Part shown: one piece after another, positions 29,908 to 41,492 of the stretch
How positions within the stretch are numbered: the stretch's first letter is position 1
Layout of the letters: every line of letters begins with the position of its first letter
Origin: Opitutia bacterium
GTDB lineage: Bacteria; Verrucomicrobiota; Verrucomicrobiia; Opitutales; T3Sed10-336
Length of the DNA: 64,000 bases
Direction of reading: 5' to 3'
NCBI GenBank assembly: GCA_050506795.1
Contig: JBJHCF010000004.1
Coordinates: 93,811-157,810, forward strand
Notes under the pieces: generated by a model
What the model was told of the DNA's origin: nothing
Seen by the model: the letters and a program-made list of their open reading frames with translations, nothing else
Database searches by the model: none
Translations under genes and position numbers: made by a program

Positions 29908-31834
29908 CGACTACCTGGCTCCAATCGTTCATGGCCCGGCTGAGGGCCTGTTTCAATTCCTCGTATTCCGTTACCGTCGCTCGCGCCTGATCGGCTTTTT
30001 CGTAGAGGTTTGGGTTAGCCATTAACAATTCCAGTTCCGCCTGACGCGACTCCAGTTCGGCGATCTTTTTCTCCAGTTCGGATTCGCGCTTCCGCAGCGG
30101 TTTCAGGCGATTGGCGCGCTCCTGTCGCTCCCCGGCCTCACGTCGGCGCCGTTCCCTGGGGGAGAGGTTGCCGCCCGTGGCCGGAGTTCGAGCCGCCGGC
30201 ATCCCGCCCTGCGGACCGAGAGCCGCCTTTTCCTCCTCGCGGCGGGCCAGGTAGTCGGTGACGTTACCCGGGAGCGATCGCAGGCCGTTGTGACTGACTT
30301 CCAGGACCTTGTTGACGATGGGGTCGAGAAAGGCGCGGTCGTGGGAGACGATGACGTAGGTCGCGGGAAATGCGGCCAGTGCTTGTTGCAGGACCGACTT
30401 CGACCGCATGTCGAGGTGATTGGTGGGTTCGTCCAGGATGAGAAAGTTGCCCGCCTGCAGAAGCATGCGCACCAGGGCCAGCCGGCTCTTTTCGCCCCCG
30501 GAGAGGACCGACACCGATTTGAAAACGTCGTCGCCGCGAAACAGGAACGCTCCCAGCAGGGTGCGGATGCGGGTTTCCGCCACGCCGGTGGCTTTTTCCT
30601 CGGCGGCCTCAAGCACGGATTGCCGCGGATTCAGTTCCTGGGCCTGGTGCTGGGCGAAGAATGAAAGGCTGACGTTGTGCCCCGGTTTTCGCAGCCCGGC
30701 GGTGGAGGGTTCCACTCCGGCCATGATGCGGGCCAGCGTCGATTTTCCGGCGCCGTTCACCCCCACGATGGCGATACGGTCCCCGCGCTCTACCCGCAGG
30801 TCGACGTCCCGGAAGACGGTCAGATCCCCGTAACGCTTCTCCAGTCCCTGCAACTCCATTACCACCTGACCGCTCTTTGGCGGTTTCGGAAACTCGAAGG
30901 CGATCCCGTCCTCCTCTTCCTCCAGCTCGATCCTTTCCACCTTGTCCAAATGTTTTATCCGGCTCTGCACCTGGGCCGCCTTGGTGGCCTTGGCCCGGAA
31001 GCGGTCGATGAAACGCTGGGTCTGATCGATCTTTTTCTGCTGGTTGGCCTGGGCCTGAACCCGGATCGCCTTCCGGTGAGCGCTCTCGCGTTCGAAATAG
31101 GAGTAGTTTCCGGAATAATCCTCAAGCCGGCCGAGCGAAAGAGCCAGGGTGCGGGTGCAGAGGGTGTCGAGGAAAGCGCGGTCGTGCGAAACCAGGATCA
31201 GAGCGCCGTCGTAGTTGCGCAGGTAGCTCTCCAGCCAATGCTGCGACTCGATATCCAGGTGATTGGTGGGCTCGTCCAGCAACAGCAGGGACGGCTCGCG
31301 CAGCAGGAGCTTCGCCATGGCCAGGCGCATCTGCCAGCCTCCGCTGAACTCCCCGGTCGGCCGCTCCATGTCCTCCATTCGAAATCCCAATCCGAGGAGG
31401 ATACTCTCGATCTTGGATTTCATGCGAAAGGCATCCAGTTCCTCCAGCCGATGCCGCAATTCGCCCTCTATCTCCAGCAACTCCGCCTGACGGGGATCAT
31501 CGGCGGGCAGACTTTCGCTCTCTTGGTGCAGCGCCTCCAGACGTTGCCGCACCTCCAGCACCGCCTCAAACGCCGTTTCCGCCTCAGCGTACACCGTTTT
31601 CCCGGAAACCGTGAGGCCGTCCTGCGGCAGATAACCCACCGTGACGTAACGGGCCCGCGCCACCTGCCCGCGTTCCGGATCCGCTTCTCCGGCAATAATC
31701 TTCAGAAGGGTGGTTTTGCCCGCGCCGTTGGACCCCACCAAACCGATGCGGTCGTGCGGCAAAATGTTGGCGTTGATTCCATCAAACAGTTTTCGTCCCC
31801 CATATTGAAGGAAAAGGTTTTCCAGCGAGAGCAT
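29879..31834 (-). CDS. ABC-F family ATP-binding protein
   Basis: Two ABC domains (GSNGAGKTT/FSGGW/LDEPTNHLD; GVNGAGKST/LSGGE), RFRAKATKAAQVQSRIK linker, C-terminal coiled coil, no TM. Confidence 0.93.
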   Translation of the reverse strand: MLSLENLFLQYGGRKLFDGINANILPHDRIGLVGSNGAGKTTLLKIIAGEADPERGQVARARYVTVGYLPQDGLTVSGKTVYAEAETAFEAVLEVRQRLEALHQESESLPADDPRQAELLEIEGELRHRLEELDAFRMKSKIESILLGLGFRMEDMERPTGEFSGGWQMRLAMAKLLLREPSLLLLDEPTNHLDIESQHWLESYLRNYDGALILVSHDRAFLDTLCTRTLALSLGRLEDYSGNYSYFERESAHRKAIRVQAQANQQKKIDQTQRFIDRFRAKATKAAQVQSRIKHLDKVERIELEEEEDGIAFEFPKPPKSGQVVMELQGLEKRYGDLTVFRDVDLRVERGDRIAIVGVNGAGKSTLARIMAGVEPSTAGLRKPGHNVSLSFFAQHQAQELNPRQSVLEAAEEKATGVAETRIRTLLGAFLFRGDDVFKSVSVLSGGEKSRLALVRMLLQAGNFLILDEPTNHLDMRSKSVLQQALAAFPATYVIVSHDRAFLDPIVNKVLEVSHNGLRSLPGNVTDYLARREEEKAALGPQGGMPAARTPATGGNLSPRERRRREAGERQERANRLKPLRKRESELEKKIAELESRQAELELLMANPNLYEKADQARATVTEYEELKQALSRAMNDWSQVVDELNALDQN

Positions 31835-31902
31835 ACCACCTATCTCCCACCGAATTGCCCCAAAGCTCCAGATAAATTTATCACTCTCATCCGCCCCCCC
31901 TT

Positions 31903-32015
31903 GGCGGCCGGCATCCCGCGCCGCCGCCGATCCGGGAACGCGGGCCTCTTGTCCGCTCCGGCAACGGCGGAGCGTTGCCCTCCACAAAACGTGAGTGGCG
32001 CCCCCGCGCCGCCGC
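31903..32015. repeat. Composite REP cluster
   Basis: 31958-31991 identical to 27267-27300; also GGGAACGCGGGCCTCTTGTCCGC. Confidence 0.8.
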
Positions 32016-32086
32016 GATTCTACATGAAACTTGGGGGTTGTGTCGCGGGTCGGTAGTGGATCACACTTTACTCAAAAGAAAGGCTT

Positions 32087-33081
<995 letters not shown>

Positions 33082-33085
<4 letters not shown>

Positions 33086-33984
33086 GCGTTTCCCTGGTCG
33101 AACTGCTCTCCCCGGCGACTTTGTCCCGGATTGAGAACTACGCGCTGCTGGCCAAGGTGGCGGTGGAAGGTTACCTGTCCGGCCTGCACCGCAGTTTCTC
33201 CCGGGGGCAGGGCAGCGAGTTCCTGCAGTACCGGAGTTACACCCCGGGCGACGACCTGAAGTACGTCGACTGGAAGGTCTTTTCCCGCAGCGACCGGTTC
33301 TACACCAAGGTCTACCAGGAGGAGACCAATATGAACTGCTACCTCGTCCTGGACGCCAGCGCCTCCATGGACTACCAGGGGGAGCGGGCGGTGTGCTCCA
33401 AGTGGCGCTACTCCGCCATGGTCGCCGCCTGCCTGGCCTACCTGGCCTCGCGGCAGGGGGACAACGTGGGGCTCTGCCTTTACAACGACGACATCGTCGA
33501 AATGATCGACTCCCGCAACCGCCAGGGGCAGTTGCAGCGGATTCTGAGCGCTCTGGCGAAAACCGTTCCCTCCGGCGGCGCCAACCACCAATACGCCTGG
33601 AACTACCTCTCGGGTCACCTGAAAAACCGGGGCATGGTGGTGTTCCTGTCCGATTTCCTGGAGGCGGAGGAGAATCTGCCCCCGATCCTCAAACGGATTC
33701 GCTTCGCGCGCCACGAGTGCGTCTCCATCCAGGTGCTCGACCCGGACGAAACCGATCTGCCCTTCGACCGCGCCACCGAGTTCATCGACCCGGAAAGCGG
33801 CTGGCGCATTCTCACCAATCCGGAAAAAGTGCGGGCTCACTACATGGAAAGAATGAACGATTTTATGACGCGGTTGTCGGTAGCCTTGATGCGTTCGCAG
33901 GTGGAATTTTTATCGCTGACGAGCTCGGACTCCCTGGCTCGCTCCCTGGCGGCGTACCTGCACAAGCGGGAGGCTTTACGGTAA
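33082..33984 (+). CDS. DUF58 family vWA protein
   Basis: GLHRS..G.EF..YRSYTPGDDLKYVDWK, LDASASM, LSDF. Confidence 0.9.
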
Positions 33985-34086
33985 AATGCTGTCGGGCTTC
34001 GCCGGCGGGTTACTAGCGGGGTGCTGAGTCCTAAAACCGGAAAGTTGTTGTCGATGAGTCAAGTTTTTCGAGTATGTGTCACAAAA

Positions 34087-34135
34087 GTAGCTCACGCTTC
34101 CAGCGTGAGTTTTGCACGCAAGATGCGTGCGCTAC
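34087..34135. repeat. Inverted pair of GTAG-tagged REPs
   Basis: GTAG-CTCACGC-TTCCA-GCGTGAG then GCACGC-AAGAT-GCGTGC-GCTAC. Confidence 0.7.
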
Positions 34136-34165
34136 ATTGGTCTGAGGCGATCCCTAGCTAGGTCT

Positions 34166-36199
34166 ATGCTGGCGTTTCAATATTCATGGGTGCTTTGGGG
34201 ATTGCTCGGTCTGGCCGTGCCGGTGCTGCTCCACCTGATCCAACGCGAAATCTACCACCCGCTGCGTTTCCCCTCGGTGCGTTTCATCCTCAAGGGTAAA
34301 CTCCCTTTCCACCGCCGGAAACTGCCGAGCGACCTCCTGTTGCTGGCGTTGCGTCTGCTGCTGCTGGCGGCCCTCATTTTCGCCCTGGCCCGGCCGGAAT
34401 GGCGCCCGCGGGAAGCGCTCGCCGCCGAACCGGGGTCGCAGGACCGGGTGGTGTTTTTGGTCGACCTTTCCGCCAGTATGTCCGGCTGGAACGCCTGGGA
34501 TGAGGCGCTCCAGCGGGTGCGGGGGATCATCGAGGAACGTCCGGGCGCCGAATTCGGACTGGTGCTGTCCTCCGACCGGGTGGTCGATACCATCGCGCCC
34601 TCCGCCGATCCCTCCGCCCTGACCGCCGCGCTGGAGGCGTCCGCGCCGGAAATGACGGCCGGCGATCACCGGGATGGATTGCGCGCTGCGGTGAATCTTT
34701 TGGGAAACGGGGTCGCCCGCCGGACTCTCTACGTGATTTCCGACCTGCAGGCCACCGCCTGGGAGCCGGGCGGATTGCCTGAGGTCCCGCGTTCGGTCGA
34801 TCTCGAATGGATCCGGGTGGGAGGCGAACGCGAGGAGAACGTCGCCGTCATGCGGGCGCGAGCGTATCCGGGGAGTGGTGACAACCGGCATGTCCAGGCC
34901 GAGTTGTTCAACTTCGGCCAGAGCGAGGTCACCCGCACCGCTACCCTTTCCCTCGGGGGACGCACCTGGGAGCAGGAGGTGACTCTGCCCGGCGGGCGCT
35001 CGACCGAGGTGAGTTTCGATATCGACGCGGAGGACGGCGCGCGTGCCCGGTTGTCGTTGGACGAGGACGCCTTCGCCGCCGACGATCACTATCACTTCTG
35101 GGCCGGCCGGCCGCCGGCTCTGCGGGTGCTGGCGATCGCTCCCTTGAGCGATGAGCCGGCCAAGGCCGAGGATCTGTTCTTCCTGCGCAACGCGCTGGAG
35201 ACCCGCGGCGAGATTCAATGGCTGTCGTTCGATGTGGAAACCCTTGAACCGGGGGGCCTGACCGACGACTGGAGCGCCTACCAGGCGGTCTTCGCGCTCG
35301 GGGCCGGCGCCTATTTTTCGGACGCCGAGTGGCAAACCCTGCGGGGCTATCTGGAGCAGGGCGGCACCGCGATCCTGACCCCCGGGGAAACGCCGGGACG
35401 CCTGACCGGGCTCCTGCGGGAGCAAGGTTTGCTGGAGGCCGAGTTTCTCGGCGCCGCCAGGGCCGATCGCCGGGGACCGACCGGTCTGGCCCTGGACTGG
35501 ATCGATCCGGAGAGCCCCCTGGGCGGCGTGTTCAGCGACGAGGCCGCCCGCAGCCTGCAAATGGCGCGTTTTTATCGCTACCTGAGACTGGCGGTTCCCG
35601 CCGGTCAGACCGAGGTATGGCTGCGGTCCTCCGCCGACGAACCGCTCCTGTTGACCCGGACGCTGGGGCAGGGGCGTTTGGTCTTTTTGCCTTTTTCCTT
35701 CGCCACCGATTGGTCCGACCTGCCCCTGACGGCGGGGTTTCTCCCGCTGATCCGGGAACTGATCGCGGGTGATATTTCCGCAGATCACGGTATCGTCCGC
35801 GAGGAGACCGGGTTCTCACGCGCCGGCCTGGCGGCACGGATCGGCCTGCCGGTGGGTCACCCGTTTCTGGATACCGTTCAAACGCGGGTTCCGGGCCTTT
35901 ACACCGACTGGGACCGTCCGGTGGAGGTCAACCTCTCCCGGCGCGAGTCCGTTCTGGAAACCGCCGGAGTGATCGAGTTGGGGCGCGCGGTGCGCCCGCG
36001 CGTAGAGGACGGCGGGGTCCTGACTTCGACGGCCGCCGGCGCCGATGAGCGCACGGCGCGGCCCCTCTGGCATTTATTCGCCCTGGCCGCCGGATTGTTT
36101 TTCCTGCTGGAAACGCTGCTGGCCGGCTTCGCCGATCGCGGCCGTAGGCATTTGACAGCATCCCAACCCGGGGCGACGTATAGAGAGGTCGAACCATGA
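34166..36199 (+). CDS. BatA N-terminal domain / vWA membrane protein
   Basis: PVLLHLIQR...FPSVRF...LIFALARP; MIDAS VDLSASM; ISDLQ; WSDLPL; C-terminal TM. Confidence 0.82.
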   Translation: MLAFQYSWVLWGLLGLAVPVLLHLIQREIYHPLRFPSVRFILKGKLPFHRRKLPSDLLLLALRLLLLAALIFALARPEWRPREALAAEPGSQDRVVFLVDLSASMSGWNAWDEALQRVRGIIEERPGAEFGLVLSSDRVVDTIAPSADPSALTAALEASAPEMTAGDHRDGLRAAVNLLGNGVARRTLYVISDLQATAWEPGGLPEVPRSVDLEWIRVGGEREENVAVMRARAYPGSGDNRHVQAELFNFGQSEVTRTATLSLGGRTWEQEVTLPGGRSTEVSFDIDAEDGARARLSLDEDAFAADDHYHFWAGRPPALRVLAIAPLSDEPAKAEDLFFLRNALETRGEIQWLSFDVETLEPGGLTDDWSAYQAVFALGAGAYFSDAEWQTLRGYLEQGGTAILTPGETPGRLTGLLREQGLLEAEFLGAARADRRGPTGLALDWIDPESPLGGVFSDEAARSLQMARFYRYLRLAVPAGQTEVWLRSSADEPLLLTRTLGQGRLVFLPFSFATDWSDLPLTAGFLPLIRELIAGDISADHGIVREETGFSRAGLAARIGLPVGHPFLDTVQTRVPGLYTDWDRPVEVNLSRRESVLETAGVIELGRAVRPRVEDGGVLTSTAAGADERTARPLWHLFALAAGLFFLLETLLAGFADRGRRHLTASQPGATYREVEP

Positions 36200-39100
36200 A
36201 CGAGTCCCTGACAATACGATTAAACCGCGCGCGTTCCCGTCGGCAGCGTCGCCGTTGGATCAGCGGTCTGATCTGGAATTTGTTCACCCTGTGTCTGCTG
36301 CTCCTTGCGCTGGCCGGCCTGAACGCGCTGTTTCCTATGCAGGAGCGCCAGGCGCTGGTCCTTCTCCTGCCCGTGGTGCTCCTGTTCGCGGGTCGTTTGT
36401 TTTGGGATACCTGGCGTTCGTTCCTCAACCCGCCTTCGCTCCCAGCCCTGGCCGCGGAGCTGGAAAGGGGAAATCCCCGGTGGATGGACGCCTTGATTTG
36501 CGCCGTCGAGCGGGAGGAGCGTCCGCCCGAATCGCTGGGAGAGATCGAGCGCGCCCTGGTCGCCAAGATGCGGCGCGAAACCCGGTCGGTCGATTTCACC
36601 GAGTTGCTGATCCCGCCCCGCTGGAGCCGGACGGCGCTGGCTGGAGGCGCCGTGGTGGCGCTGCTGCTGTCGTGGCCCGCCGGATCCAGCCGCTACGCCG
36701 AAAAGAGCCTGGCCTACCTGGGTGATGTACTGGGGGGAGAGAGCACCGGCATGGCCGTGACCCCTGGGGATGAAGCGGTGCCGGTGGATACCGACCTGAC
36801 CGTGCGGGCGGTGATTCTTCGTTGGGAGAACGAAGCGGAAATCGAGTATGTGGACGCCAGGGGCCGTCACCGGTTTCCCATGCACCCGGATTCCAGCGAA
36901 GGACACCGGTTTACGTTTTACGGCATTGACGAGGAAATTCGCTACCGGGTCGTGACCCCGGCCCTGACTTCCTCCTGGTACCGGGTGGCCCCTTATGTTC
37001 CGCCTTCGATCGAAGGGATTCGGGTCGCCGTGACCCCGCCGGCCTACACCGGAGAGGAGGGTCGGGTGTTTTCCTCCATCACCGACTTCACCATCCTGGA
37101 AGGCAGCGAGGTGCGTTGGGAACTGAATCTGCCGTCGGGCGTTGCCGCGACCCTGGTTCCGGAAGGCGAGGGCGCGGCCGCGATCCCGCCCGACGGCGGG
37201 GAAGCTGTTTTTACCAAGCGAGTGGAGTCCGACCTGCACGCGCGCTTCCACCTGGAAAGCGCGGCCGGCCGCACCGCCCGCTCCACCGCCTTCCGCATCA
37301 CTGCCCGTCCCGATTATCCGCCGACTTTGGATGTCACTCGTCCGGGGCGCGACATCGACGCCGAACCCGGTGACCGGGTGGGGATCGAGGCCGCCGCCGC
37401 CGATGATTACGGTCTGGGCGAGGTGGCGATCCGGTATTCCGTTTCCGGCGCGCGGCGGGAAACACGGGTCTTGTACCGTTCGGGGGACGAGGTGGAGGCA
37501 ACGGAATTCTCGCGCGAGGAAACCGTCGCTTACACGCTCGATCTGGAGGAACTGGGCGTGGAGGAGGGGGACATCATCACTTATTTCCTCACCGCCACCG
37601 ACAATCGCGAACCGGAGCCGCAAACCACCCGCTCCGAGGTGTTTTTCATCGAGGTCCGCGAACAGCGGGAACCCGAGGAGATGGACGGCGAGCCCATGGA
37701 CGAGGAGGAGATCGATATTCGCGCCCTCCTGGTCGAAGCCAAACGCCTGATCCGGCTGAGCTGGGAAACCCTGGCTGCGGAGGGCGCCCGGCGGGAAACC
37801 CTGACCGAGGAGCTGGCTTTGAGCATGGAAGCCCTGCGCATCGAAACCACCGGCATCGAACAAGAAATCCTCGATCTGACCGGCGGGAACGATGACTTTT
37901 TAGTGATTCAATTGATGCGCGATGCCATCGACCGCATGGCTTCGGCCAGCCGCCTGATCCAGGCCGAACTGGTGGAGGATTCCATCCCTTACCAGGAACA
38001 GGCCCTGGCGCGTCTGCTGGCGGTCGAAAACGAACTGGCGCGGGATCCGGTGCAGTCGCAGGAGCCGTCCGAGGAAGGCTCTTCCGGAGGCGAATCGGGC
38101 GAATCCGGCGAAGGCGACGAGGACGCCATGGAGCAAATGCTCAGCGATCTTCGTCGCATTAGTGAGGAGATTCGTGACCTGACCGACGGTCAGACCGGGC
38201 AGAACCAGGAGGTCGGCCGTTTGGCCGGAACCGGGGCGGGATCGGCCGAGCGCGCGGAGTTGCGTCAGCGGCAGCAGGCGCTGCAGGCGGAAGCGCGGCG
38301 GATTCGACGGGAGTTGACCGATATGCCGGGCACCGCCGGGGTCTGGCGGCAAATGGACGCCGCGGCCGGGTTTATGGATCAGGCGGGACGGGAGACGCTC
38401 GCCGATCGCCTGGACCGTGCGGAGCGTGAGGGCGAGCGGGCGCGCGCCGCGTTGCTGGCCGCGGGGGACGAATTGAACGAACTCCTGGAGCGCGCCACCT
38501 CCAGCGAGGTGGACCGTCTTTCCCAATGGGCGGAGGCCCTTTCCGAACAGCACGGCGCCGCCGCCGAAACCAGCCGCGGCCTGGCCGCGGAACCTTCGCC
38601 CGACCCGGGCCAGTTGGCGGCGCAGCGCGATCGTCAGGAGCGGATGCGCGACTCCTACGAGGATCTTTTGGCCGCCATGGACCGGCAGGCCTTGGATATG
38701 ATGGACGAGCATCCCGAGGTGGCCGAGGCCTTGTTCGCGCTGGGTCGCGACCTGCGGGACGAACAACTGGCCGGGGATATGGATCGCGCGGCCAACGCTC
38801 TGCTCTACCAGCGGCCGGACCGCGCGGGCGAAATCCAGGAGCAACTCGCCGGGCGTTTGCAGCAATTCTCCCAGGAACTGCGCGAGGCCGGCGAAGGCAT
38901 GCCGGCTTTCTCGCGTGAGCAACTGGTGGAAGCGCTGCAACAGATCCGGCAGGCGCAGCAGGAACTGCGGGAAATGTTCGGCCAGGCGGGCGAGGAGGCG
39001 AGCGCGCGGATGCGCGAGCTCAGCCAGCAAATCGGCGAAGGATTGGGTCAGATCGGGGAAGGATTCGACGATAGCGGTCTGCGCGAAATTTCCGGCTCCC

Positions 39101-39309
39101 TTCTCGGGATGGAGGGCGCCGGCGCGGAGCGGCCCAACCCCCTGCGGCTGGAATCGCTGCTGAGTGCGGCCGGACGCAGCCTGGAGCAGCGCATTCTGGC
39201 CATGGAGGTCGAGCGCCAAATCCGTTTGAGCCGGCGCGGAGGTGAGCCGCCGGAAAGGTACCGCGGTTTGGTGGAACAGTACTTTAGAAATTTGAGTGAG
39301 ACGCCATGA
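36196..39309 (+). CDS. Large membrane-anchored Ig-like/coiled-coil protein (DUF4175-like)
   Basis: Three N-terminal TM, TPPAYTG, DYPP, DDYGL, long acidic Gln-rich coiled coil, terminal PERYRGLVEQYFRNL. Confidence 0.65.
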   Translation: MNESLTIRLNRARSRRQRRRWISGLIWNLFTLCLLLLALAGLNALFPMQERQALVLLLPVVLLFAGRLFWDTWRSFLNPPSLPALAAELERGNPRWMDALICAVEREERPPESLGEIERALVAKMRRETRSVDFTELLIPPRWSRTALAGGAVVALLLSWPAGSSRYAEKSLAYLGDVLGGESTGMAVTPGDEAVPVDTDLTVRAVILRWENEAEIEYVDARGRHRFPMHPDSSEGHRFTFYGIDEEIRYRVVTPALTSSWYRVAPYVPPSIEGIRVAVTPPAYTGEEGRVFSSITDFTILEGSEVRWELNLPSGVAATLVPEGEGAAAIPPDGGEAVFTKRVESDLHARFHLESAAGRTARSTAFRITARPDYPPTLDVTRPGRDIDAEPGDRVGIEAAAADDYGLGEVAIRYSVSGARRETRVLYRSGDEVEATEFSREETVAYTLDLEELGVEEGDIITYFLTATDNREPEPQTTRSEVFFIEVREQREPEEMDGEPMDEEEIDIRALLVEAKRLIRLSWETLAAEGARRETLTEELALSMEALRIETTGIEQEILDLTGGNDDFLVIQLMRDAIDRMASASRLIQAELVEDSIPYQEQALARLLAVENELARDPVQSQEPSEEGSSGGESGESGEGDEDAMEQMLSDLRRISEEIRDLTDGQTGQNQEVGRLAGTGAGSAERAELRQRQQALQAEARRIRRELTDMPGTAGVWRQMDAAAGFMDQAGRETLADRLDRAEREGERARAALLAAGDELNELLERATSSEVDRLSQWAEALSEQHGAAAETSRGLAAEPSPDPGQLAAQRDRQERMRDSYEDLLAAMDRQALDMMDEHPEVAEALFALGRDLRDEQLAGDMDRAANALLYQRPDRAGEIQEQLAGRLQQFSQELREAGEGMPAFSREQLVEALQQIRQAQQELREMFGQAGEEASARMRELSQQIGEGLGQIGEGFDDSGLREISGSLLGMEGAGAERPNPLRLESLLSAAGRSLEQRILAMEVERQIRLSRRGGEPPERYRGLVEQYFRNLSETP

Positions 39310-41492
39310 TCGGTGTGGATACGCCATTTTCGCCCGGGTGGCTGCTGCTGGCCGCGTTGCTGGTGTTGGGGGTGGTCATCTGGACCCAACTGCGCTTGCG
39401 CCGGCTTTTGCGTCCGTCCTACCTGGGGCTGTTGACGGGGCTGCGAGTGGCCGGACTGCTGGCAATTCTCCTGCTGCTCCTGAATCCCTATTCGGTGCGC
39501 CAGCAACCGGATGCCGAGGGCTTTCGCGTCGCGGTCCTGGTCGATGCCTCGGGCAGCATGGAGGCGCGCGATGTTCGCGGGGGAACCATGACCCGGCGCG
39601 AACTGGTGACGTCGTGGCTGGCGGATTCGGACGCCCCGCCTTTCGGTCTGATCGAAGAACGGGGTTATTGGGTCGACCGGCATCGCTTCGCCGAGCGGCT
39701 GGCGCCGCTTGATAATGAGCATCTGGCCATCCTCCCCGGCCGCACGGCCATCGGCGACGTCCTGGACGAAACCCTTGAGCGGGTGGAGGCGCGACGGGAT
39801 AACCTGGGCGCGTTGATCCTGGTGTCCGACGGACACAACAACGCCGGCACGCCCCCGCAGGAGGCGGCGCGGCGTTTCCGCGATCGGGGCATTCCGATCA
39901 CGGCCATCGGTGTGGGCTCACGCCAGGCGCCGGGTGACGTTCGGGCGGATTTTACCGCCGCCCGGTTCCGCACCGAGCGCGGCCAGCCGGTGGAACTGCC
40001 GGTGAATCTCGCCAACACCACCGGGTCCGGCGCCGAGGTGCGACTGACTTTGTGCGACGAAAACGGGGTGGTGGAGGAGCGGGAGATTCAACTGGAGTCC
40101 GGCGCCCGCGAGCATCGGGAGTCCTTTACCGTGACCCCGCTCCAGCGCGGCGAGCACCTCTATCGCCTTTCCGTCAACGAGCCGGGAGCCAATGGGGGAG
40201 CGCGGGAGAAAATCCGTTATGCGTTTGTCAACGCGGAGGAACCCGAAGCTTTTTCCGTACTCTACCTCGGCAGTCGCCTGAGTCCCGAGTACCGCTTCAT
40301 CGAACGCGGAGTGGGGGCCTCGGAGCAGATCGGAATACAGAGCGTGATCCGTACCGGCGAGGGGGCTTTCTTTCACGCCCTGTCGGAGGAGAACCAGGAA
40401 GCGGTCCCGCCCGACGCCTTTCCCGAGGACCGGGCCTTTTTTAACCGCTTCGACGCCATTCTGGTCGACACCCGCCTCTTGCCGGAGCTTTCGGAGGAAG
40501 GCGTGGCCGCTCTGGCCGACTTCGTGTCCGTGCGGGGCGGGGGAGCCCTGTTTTTCGGGCCGCTCAACGGGGTGCCTCCGGTTATCGGCGGCGCTTTGCC
40601 GGTGGTTTCGGTCGAGGACCGCGTTATGGGGGAACGGATACGTTTGGAACTGGAGCCGGCGCCCATCTTTTCCCACCTCGAAGGGGGAAGGCTTTTCGGA
40701 AGTCCGAGCCTTTTCCTGGAAGCCGGGTTGCCGGCGGCGATCGCCACCGAATGGAAACCCGGCGCCCGCCCGGTGCTGCTGCGTGAGGGCCGGAACGAGG
40801 CGATCATGGCCGCCCAGGCGTTCGGCGCGGGTCGAATCGCACACCTCGGCTCGGAAACCACCTGGCAGTGGCGTATGGCCTCCGACGGCGGCATGGAGCA
40901 GCATCGTCTGTTCTGGCAGAATCTCCTGGTTTGGTTGTCCTCGGCCGGGAAGCCGCGTCTGACGGTGGCGTCACAGGGCGAGCAGTACGCCCTGGGTGAG
41001 GCGGTGCCGTTCGAGGCCAATGTGCTCGGATCGGATTTCCGGCCGTCGCGCGATTCCACCGTGACGGTGCGCATCACCGATCCGGAGGGAGAAACCTGGG
41101 AACGCCGCTTGCAGCCTTCCTTTGACGTTCCGGGCCGTTACCGGGCCACCCACACCGTGACCGCGCCGGGAGAGTACCGCGCCCAATACCGGATTGAGTT
41201 TCCGGACGGCGAGCGCATGGAGCGGGAGGTTTATTTTCTGGCCACCCACGCCGGAGCGGAGGGCGAGGACACGCGTTACCGGGAGTCCGTCCTGCGCGAT
41301 CTGGCGCGGGTTACCGGCGGGGATTTTTACCATTACTCCGAAGTGGCGCGCTTCAACGACCTTCCCCTGGCGCGCGAGATTCCGGTGCGCGACACCCGCC
41401 GCTACTGGGCCGACCAGGGTTGGCTGCTGCTGGTCTTTTTCGCCGCGCTGGCCGGAGAATGGTTTTTCCGCCGGCGGATGGGATTGAAGTAA
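39306..41492 (+). CDS. vWA + glutamine amidotransferase-like membrane protein
   Basis: Two TM, VDASGSM/T/SDG MIDAS, DFVSVRGGG, GAGRI..TWQWR, LARVTGG, EWFFRRRMGLK. Confidence 0.72.
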   Translation: MIGVDTPFSPGWLLLAALLVLGVVIWTQLRLRRLLRPSYLGLLTGLRVAGLLAILLLLLNPYSVRQQPDAEGFRVAVLVDASGSMEARDVRGGTMTRRELVTSWLADSDAPPFGLIEERGYWVDRHRFAERLAPLDNEHLAILPGRTAIGDVLDETLERVEARRDNLGALILVSDGHNNAGTPPQEAARRFRDRGIPITAIGVGSRQAPGDVRADFTAARFRTERGQPVELPVNLANTTGSGAEVRLTLCDENGVVEEREIQLESGAREHRESFTVTPLQRGEHLYRLSVNEPGANGGAREKIRYAFVNAEEPEAFSVLYLGSRLSPEYRFIERGVGASEQIGIQSVIRTGEGAFFHALSEENQEAVPPDAFPEDRAFFNRFDAILVDTRLLPELSEEGVAALADFVSVRGGGALFFGPLNGVPPVIGGALPVVSVEDRVMGERIRLELEPAPIFSHLEGGRLFGSPSLFLEAGLPAAIATEWKPGARPVLLREGRNEAIMAAQAFGAGRIAHLGSETTWQWRMASDGGMEQHRLFWQNLLVWLSSAGKPRLTVASQGEQYALGEAVPFEANVLGSDFRPSRDSTVTVRITDPEGETWERRLQPSFDVPGRYRATHTVTAPGEYRAQYRIEFPDGERMEREVYFLATHAGAEGEDTRYRESVLRDLARVTGGDFYHYSEVARFNDLPLAREIPVRDTRRYWADQGWLLLVFFAALAGEWFFRRRMGLK

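Noticed and set aside
34184..39327. Long antisense ORFs (534, 547, 475 aa; similar ones at 2000, 8277, 18076, 30677, 61630)
   Set aside because: Mirror frames of well-supported genes, expected at high GC; no motifs
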